Shown piece by piece: positions 26,719 to 32,000 of a stretch of 32,000 nucleotides of DNA. The translations under genes were made by a program, and so were the position numbers. Positions within the stretch are counted from its first letter, which is position 1. Every line of letters begins with the position of its first letter. The notes beneath the pieces were generated by a model. The model saw only the letters and a program-made list of their open reading frames with translations, was not told the DNA's origin and made no database searches. Source of the DNA: Promethearchaeum syntrophicum (GTDB lineage: Archaea; Asgardarchaeota; Lokiarchaeia; Sigyniarchaeales; Promethearchaeaceae); contig NZ_CP042905.2 in assembly GCF_008000775.2 (NCBI RefSeq), positions 1,110,001 to 1,142,000 on the forward strand, given 5' to 3'.

Positions 26719-29700
26719 TTAATCTCCCAATAGTTTCTTCCGTGCTTCTCTTCTTCTCTTCTTTCTTTCTTCAATAATTAGATTTTTCCGCTCATTTTCT
26801 GATAAGAATGTTTTCTTTTCGGATTCTACACTTCTAGATTCCTGTCTTTGTTGATTTAATTGATGTCGTGTGTATTTTAATTTCCAACGAAGCATTTCTT
26901 GTTCAACTTTTCGTGCTTCCTTTTCGTTTCCTAACTGAATATAGATCTCTTTTGCCTTATTTGCAAGTTCTAAACCTTCTTCAAAATTATTATTTTTTAT
27001 ATTTCCTGAAGCTTCTTTCATCACTTTAAGTGCTTTACTTTCTGTAGGAGCGTACTTCTTCATTTCAATTTCTTTTCTATATTCTTCTTTTTCTTGTTCA
27101 AGAACTTCCTTAAAATCATCAAGTAATTTCAACGACTTTGGCCATTTCAAATTCTTTGCCATTTCGCTAACTGTATTCATTTCTGTTTGGGCTACTAGAA
27201 AATCCTTACGTTTCTGAGCAAGTAAGATTAACGAAAGAGAATTTGCGAAATGATATTCTAAATCCAGTTTGGGATTATTAAGAATTTCATTTATATCCAT
27301 TAAAGGATTAGTTATGAGGTTATAAACTTGTAAAAATCGCTTTTTTAGTGCCTTTGCTTCTCTAACCCACTCAATTTCAATGAAATTATTTAGTGCATAA
27401 TGGAAGTAATATAAACTTAGATAAAATTTTCTGCCTTTGACACATTTTTCTGCCTGATCTATATATTCATACGCTGCATCTTCAAGAGTCACTCGATAAT
27501 TAAATACAACTTGTTGCTGTTCTGTTAATTCCTTAACTTTTTCACCTTTGGATTTTCTTTCAGCTTCTTGTTTTTCTAAGAAGTCTTTAAAGGCTTTCTG
27601 GGCTTTTTCGTCTTTTTTCTGTTGTTCTTCTAATTGTTTTTCTAGTTTAATAAAATGCTTCTTTTTTGCTTTGACATCTTGAACAATAGATAAAACTTGC
27701 TTATATTTTAGATCCCAATCTATTTTCTTAAATAATTCAATGGATTTATCATAATATTCTAATGCTTTATCAAATTGATTATTATTGGTCAAATCACCAG
27801 CAATTTCCAATATAGATATAATTTCATTTTGGATGTGTGTTACCTTTTCCTTTTCTAATTGGGTTTTCAATTTCTTTTGTTCTGCCAATAATCTATTACG
27901 TTCATCTTTCTGTTTAGATTCACTAATTAGTCGTTCTAACCGCTTTTCTTCCTCTTCTCGTTCTTTAAGTGATTTTTGAGCAATTTCTATATCAAAATTA
28001 TGATCATCCCATAATTTTTGAACCTTTAAAATGGATTCGTTTGTTAATCTGATACCCTCGGAATAATTGATTTCATTGTATTTTTCTACAACATTTTTAT
28101 AAATATTTATTGCAGGTTCAAATTGTTGTTCAGTAACTAACGTTTTGGCTTGATCTAAAAGGTTTAAACAATCATTATAGACATTTTGATGTATCAAACC
28201 TATCTCTTGTTCTCTCTGGAATTGTTCTAATCTTTTTTGTTCTTCAATTTCCCTTTTCTTTCTGTCTTCTTCAATCTTTCTTTGAAATTCTAATTCCCAC
28301 TGTGATCTTTTCTCTTCAGTTTTACTTTGTTCGATTTCTAATCTTTTACGTTCTTCTTCAAACTTCTTCTCCCATGATAATTTTGCCTTCTGATCCATTT
28401 CTTCGATTTCTTTTTGTTTTTTAATCTTAAGTTCTTCTTCTTCTATTTTTTCTAATTCTTTTTGATCCTTTTGTTTTCTAAAAATAGAAATTTGAAGTAA
28501 TACTTTATCTAATTCTGCTAACCATTTAATTTCATCAAGGATATCCATGGCTTCTTGGAATTTTTCAATTGCTTCATCAAATTTAAAATTAGCAGCCAAT
28601 TTATTTCCTTCATCCATAAGATTGAATGCTTTATTCGCCTTATTTTGATCATTTTGATATTTATTCTGAATAGCTGCTTTTTCTTCTTCTTTTCGCCGAT
28701 TTTCTGCTTCTTTCTGTTTTTGAGCATTAAGAATTTGTTGTTCCAACTCTAATTTTGATAATTGGTCTTTCCTAATCTTTTCCTCTTCAAATTTTCGATT
28801 TTTTTCATCAAAAATTAGTTTATCTTTATATAGCAAATATCCATCATTCAATCTTGCAGATTGCTCTAATAATCCTATCTCCTTTAATTTTTCACTACCT
28901 GTCTTATAAACTTCAATAGCAATCGAATAAGGACATTTAGATAATAACATTTTTCCTAAACCAACTTGATCTTCATATTTTTTAACTTGTTTCTCTATTT
29001 TTTCTATTGCACTCAAAGCTTCGGTTAAAATTTCTCTTTGGGAACTTAATTTCTCTTGTTCTTTCTTTTTTTGTTCGCCCTTTTCTTTTAGTTTAATTTC
29101 TTTTAATTTTGCGGCCACTTGTGCTTGCATTTCAAGTTTTTCCCTGTCTATCTCTATTTTAGTCAATCTTTGTTTTTCAAGATCGCGAAGTCTCTTGTCC
29201 TCAATTATTTTCTTTTCGTATATTTTTCTGCCTTCATCTAACCTATCCGCTTGTTCAATTAAACCTATTTCTCTTAATTTATTTGTTCCAATATTATATA
29301 ATTCAACTGCTTTTGGATAGGGGCATTCAAGAGATAAAATTTTTCCTAAACTGACTTCTTTTGAATATTCATTAACAACATCTTCGATTTTACTAATATC
29401 ACCTAGGACATCCTTTAATCTAGATTCTTTTTGGGAAATTACCTCAAGTTCTTTTTGGCGTTTTTCTCTTAATTCTTGCTCTTTGAGTTCTTTTAACCTT
29501 TGAGCTTCGTATGTTTTCTTTTCAAATTCTTCCTTTTCCAACCTAGCTCTCTCTTTTTTCTGGTTTTCAAGATCTCGAAGGTCCTTATCCTCAATAATTT
29601 TCTGTTCGTAGGTTTTTCTACCTTCATCTAACCTATCAGCTTGCTCAATTAAACCTATTTCTCTTAATTTGTTTGTTCCAATATTATATAATTCAACAGC

Positions 29701-32000
29701 TTTTGGATAGGGGCATTCTAGTGATAAAATGTTTCCTAAGCTAACTCCCTTTGCATATTCACTTACTACATCTTCAATTTTACTAATATCACCTAGAACA
29801 TCCTTTAATCTAGATTCTTTTTGGGAAATTACCTCAAGTTCTTTTTGGCGTTTTTCTCTTAATTCTTGCTCTTTGAGTTCTTTAATCCTTTGCGCTTCTT
29901 CCGCTTTCCTTTCAATTTCTTCTTCATCTAACCGAGCTTTTTCTATTCTCTGAAATTCACGTTCGCGATGTTTCAGATCTTCAATAATTTTTCGTTCATA
30001 AGTTTTTCTACCTTCATCTAACCTGTCCGCCTGTTCAATTAGACCCGCTTCTCTTAATTTGATTGTTCCAGTTTTATAAAGCTCTACAGCTTTTGGATAG
30101 GGGCATTCCAGAGATAATATTTTTCCTAAGCCGACTTCTTTTACATAAGCATTTACCACATCTTCAATTTTACTTAAATCACCTAAAACATTCTTTAATT
30201 TTGATTCTTTCTTGGAAAGTACTTCAAGTTCTTTTTGGCGTTTTTCTCTTAATTCTTGCTCTTTGAGTTCTTTAATCCTTTGCGCTTCTTCCGCTTTCCT
30301 TTCAATTTCTTCTTCATCTAACCGAGCTTTTTCTATTCTCTGAAATTCACGTTCGCGATGTTTCAGATCTTCAATAATTTTTCGTTCATAAGTTTTTCTA
30401 CCTTCATCTAACCTGTCCGCTTGTTCAATTAAGCCAGCTTCTCTTAATTTAATTGTTCCAATTTTATAAAGCTCTACAGCTTTTGGATAGGGGCATTCCA
30501 GAGATAATATTTTTCCTAAGCCGACTTCTTTTATATAAGCATTTACCACATCTTCAATTTTACTTAAATCACCTAAAACATTCTTTAATTTGGATTCTTT
30601 CTTGGAAAGTACTTCAAGTTCTTTTTGACGTTTTTCTCTTAATTCTTTCTCTTTTAGTTCTATTAATCTTTGAGCTTCTTTAGCTCTTATCTCGATTTCT
30701 TCTTCTCCTAATCTATATTTTTCTATTCTCTGAATTTCACGTTCGCGATGTTTCTCATCTTCAATAATTTTTCGTTCATAAGTTTTTCTACCTTCATCTA
30801 ACCTGTCCGCTTGTTCAATTAGACCCGCTTCTCTTAATTTGATTGTTCCAGTTTTATAAAGCTCTACAGCTTTTGGATAGGGGCATTCCAGAGATAATAT
30901 TTTTCCTAAGCCGACTTCTTTTACATAAACATTTACCACATCTTCAATTTTACTTAAATCACCTAAAACATTCTTTAATTTTGATTCTTTCTTGGAAAGT
31001 ACTTTAAGTTCTTTTTGGCGTTTTTCTCTTAATTCTTGATCTTTGAGTTCTATTAATCTTTGAGCTTCTTTAGCTTTTATCTCGATTTCTTCTTCTCCTA
31101 ACCTATATTTTTCTATTCTCTGAATTTCACGTTCGCGAAGTCTCTTATCTTCAATTATTTTCTGTTCATAAGTTTTTCTTCCTTCATCTAACCTGTCTGC
31201 TTGTTCAATTAAACCCGCTTCTCTTAATTTGATTGTGCCAATTTTATAAAGCTCTACAGCTTTTGGATAGGGGCATTCCAGAGATAATATTTTTCCTAAG
31301 CCGACTTCTTTTACATAAACATTTACCACATCTTCAATTTTACTTAAATCACCTAAGACATTCTTTAATTTTGATTCTTTCTTGGAAAGCGTTTCAAGTT
31401 CTTTTTGACGTTTTTCTCTTAATTCTTGCTCTTTGAGTTCTATTAATCTTTGAGCTTCTTTGGCTTTTATCTCGATTTCTTCTTCTCCTAACCTATATTT
31501 TTCTATTCTCTGAATTTCACGTTCGCGAAGTCCCTTATCTTCTTCGATTTTTCGTTCGTATGTTTTTCTACCATCATCTAACCTATCTGCTTGTTCGATT
31601 AGACCTGCTTCTCTTAATTTCTTTGTTCCTATATTATAAAGTTCTACAGCTTTTGGATATGGACATTCTAAGGACAAAATTTTACCTAAACCAACTCCTT
31701 TTGCATAATCATTAACAACATCTTCGATTTTACTAATATCACCTAAAACATCCTTTAATTTCGATTCTTTTTGAGAAATTGCTTCAAGTTCTTTTTGACG
31801 CTTATCTCTCAATTCTTTCTCTTTTAATTCTTGAATTCTTTGTGCTTCTTCCGCTTTCCTTTCAATTTCATCTTCATCTAACCGAGCTTTTTCTATTCTC
31901 TTTTTTTCGCGTTCACGAATCTTCTTATCTTCAAGAATTTTACTTTCGTAAGTTTTTCTTCCTTCATCCAAACGATTGGCTTGCTCAATTAAACCCGCTT
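26719..32000 (-). CDS. Giant repetitive coiled-coil / TPR-like protein, 5' end outside the window (partial)
   Basis: The ORF is open through 32000 in this frame (...AGLIEQANRLDEGRK...). At least 1759 aa in window: 8 tandem 130-aa units, then ~709 aa of alternating charged helices and TPR-like hairpins. Confidence 0.93.
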   Translation of the reverse strand, partial: AGLIEQANRLDEGRKTYESKILEDKKIREREKKRIEKARLDEDEIERKAEEAQRIQELKEKELRDKRQKELEAISQKESKLKDVLGDISKIEDVVNDYAKGVGLGKILSLECPYPKAVELYNIGTKKLREAGLIEQADRLDDGRKTYERKIEEDKGLREREIQRIEKYRLGEEEIEIKAKEAQRLIELKEQELREKRQKELETLSKKESKLKNVLGDLSKIEDVVNVYVKEVGLGKILSLECPYPKAVELYKIGTIKLREAGLIEQADRLDEGRKTYEQKIIEDKRLREREIQRIEKYRLGEEEIEIKAKEAQRLIELKDQELREKRQKELKVLSKKESKLKNVLGDLSKIEDVVNVYVKEVGLGKILSLECPYPKAVELYKTGTIKLREAGLIEQADRLDEGRKTYERKIIEDEKHREREIQRIEKYRLGEEEIEIRAKEAQRLIELKEKELREKRQKELEVLSKKESKLKNVLGDLSKIEDVVNAYIKEVGLGKILSLECPYPKAVELYKIGTIKLREAGLIEQADRLDEGRKTYERKIIEDLKHREREFQRIEKARLDEEEIERKAEEAQRIKELKEQELREKRQKELEVLSKKESKLKNVLGDLSKIEDVVNAYVKEVGLGKILSLECPYPKAVELYKTGTIKLREAGLIEQADRLDEGRKTYERKIIEDLKHREREFQRIEKARLDEEEIERKAEEAQRIKELKEQELREKRQKELEVISQKESRLKDVLGDISKIEDVVSEYAKGVSLGNILSLECPYPKAVELYNIGTNKLREIGLIEQADRLDEGRKTYEQKIIEDKDLRDLENQKKERARLEKEEFEKKTYEAQRLKELKEQELREKRQKELEVISQKESRLKDVLGDISKIEDVVNEYSKEVSLGKILSLECPYPKAVELYNIGTNKLREIGLIEQADRLDEGRKIYEKKIIEDKRLRDLEKQRLTKIEIDREKLEMQAQVAAKLKEIKLKEKGEQKKKEQEKLSSQREILTEALSAIEKIEKQVKKYEDQVGLGKMLLSKCPYSIAIEVYKTGSEKLKEIGLLEQSARLNDGYLLYKDKLIFDEKNRKFEEEKIRKDQLSKLELEQQILNAQKQKEAENRRKEEEKAAIQNKYQNDQNKANKAFNLMDEGNKLAANFKFDEAIEKFQEAMDILDEIKWLAELDKVLLQISIFRKQKDQKELEKIEEEELKIKKQKEIEEMDQKAKLSWEKKFEEERKRLEIEQSKTEEKRSQWELEFQRKIEEDRKKREIEEQKRLEQFQREQEIGLIHQNVYNDCLNLLDQAKTLVTEQQFEPAINIYKNVVEKYNEINYSEGIRLTNESILKVQKLWDDHNFDIEIAQKSLKEREEEEKRLERLISESKQKDERNRLLAEQKKLKTQLEKEKVTHIQNEIISILEIAGDLTNNNQFDKALEYYDKSIELFKKIDWDLKYKQVLSIVQDVKAKKKHFIKLEKQLEEQQKKDEKAQKAFKDFLEKQEAERKSKGEKVKELTEQQQVVFNYRVTLEDAAYEYIDQAEKCVKGRKFYLSLYYFHYALNNFIEIEWVREAKALKKRFLQVYNLITNPLMDINEILNNPKLDLEYHFANSLSLILLAQKRKDFLVAQTEMNTVSEMAKNLKWPKSLKLLDDFKEVLEQEKEEYRKEIEMKKYAPTESKALKVMKEASGNIKNNNFEEGLELANKAKEIYIQLGNEKEARKVEQEMLRWKLKYTRHQLNQQRQESRSVESEKKTFLSENERKNLIIEERKKRRREARKKLLGD
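28849..31968 (-). repeat. Tandem array of 8 in-frame units of exactly 390 bp (130 aa); array continues past the right edge
   Basis: Anchor 'cc(t/a)tcat(c/t)(t/c)a' (encoding L-D/N-E/D-G) at 28841, 29231, 29621, 30011, 30401, 30791, 31181, 31571, 31961: constant 390-bp spacing. Confidence 0.97.

Noticed and set aside
28518-28752. ORFs on both strands at 28518-28727 and 28555-28752
   Set aside because: Out-of-frame or antisense to the long coiled-coil ORF; compositionally driven.
30063-31436. Three near-identical + strand ORFs (MFQFYKALQLLDRGIPEIIFFLSRLL... at 30063, 30453, 31233)
   Set aside because: Antisense shadows of the 390-bp coding repeats; spaced by multiples of 390 bp and fully explained by the giant gene.
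28849-31968. CRISPR or non-coding satellite interpretation of the regular repeats
   Set aside because: Repeats are 390 bp, strictly in frame, coding throughout with no spacer structure or cas genes.
1-32000. tRNA/rRNA genes, transposases, defence systems
   Set aside because: No convincing tRNA cloverleaf, rRNA core motifs, transposase, integrase or known defence nuclease seen by eye; a tRNAscan/Infernal run would be needed to exclude small RNAs in the larger gaps (2485-3163, 20319-21127).

Overview
This is a 32 kb, AT-rich archaeal chromosomal window. The archaeal assignment rests on archaeal RNA polymerase subunit D (RpoD) and an eL18-uL13-uS9 ribosomal cluster. A MglA/Arf-like small GTPase, an HDAC-family protein, leucine-rich-repeat (LRR) and very long coiled-coil/TPR proteins, and roomy intergenic spaces suggest an Asgard/Loki-like archaeon; that part is inference. 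Recognisable content: Dpp/Opp-type ABC permeases, a Lys-rich-tailed coiled-coil protein, two RimJ/L-like GNATs, an EamA transporter, GlyA, an alpha/beta hydrolase fused to a polytopic membrane domain, a TIM-barrel epimerase-like protein, RpoD, an HDAC-like deacetylase, TetR plus a divergent metallo-beta-lactamase-fold protein, eL18/uL13/uS9, a TIGR04076-like protein, an LRR protein, a LURP-one/tubby-like protein, AroA, and a GTPase with three uncharacterised co-directional genes. The most unusual item is a giant ORF at the right edge. It contains eight tandem units of exactly 390 bp (130 aa) within the window, each joining a long charged helix to a TPR-like hairpin. The ORF is open past the window end, so the start reported by the track (a TTG) is artificial. 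The units are mosaic, and unit 5 looks like a recombinant. The best candidate for an undescribed system is the GTPase and hypothetical-gene cluster (23810-26280), next to an RHH regulator with a candidate operator and to the giant coiled-coil protein. Its function cannot be established from sequence alone.
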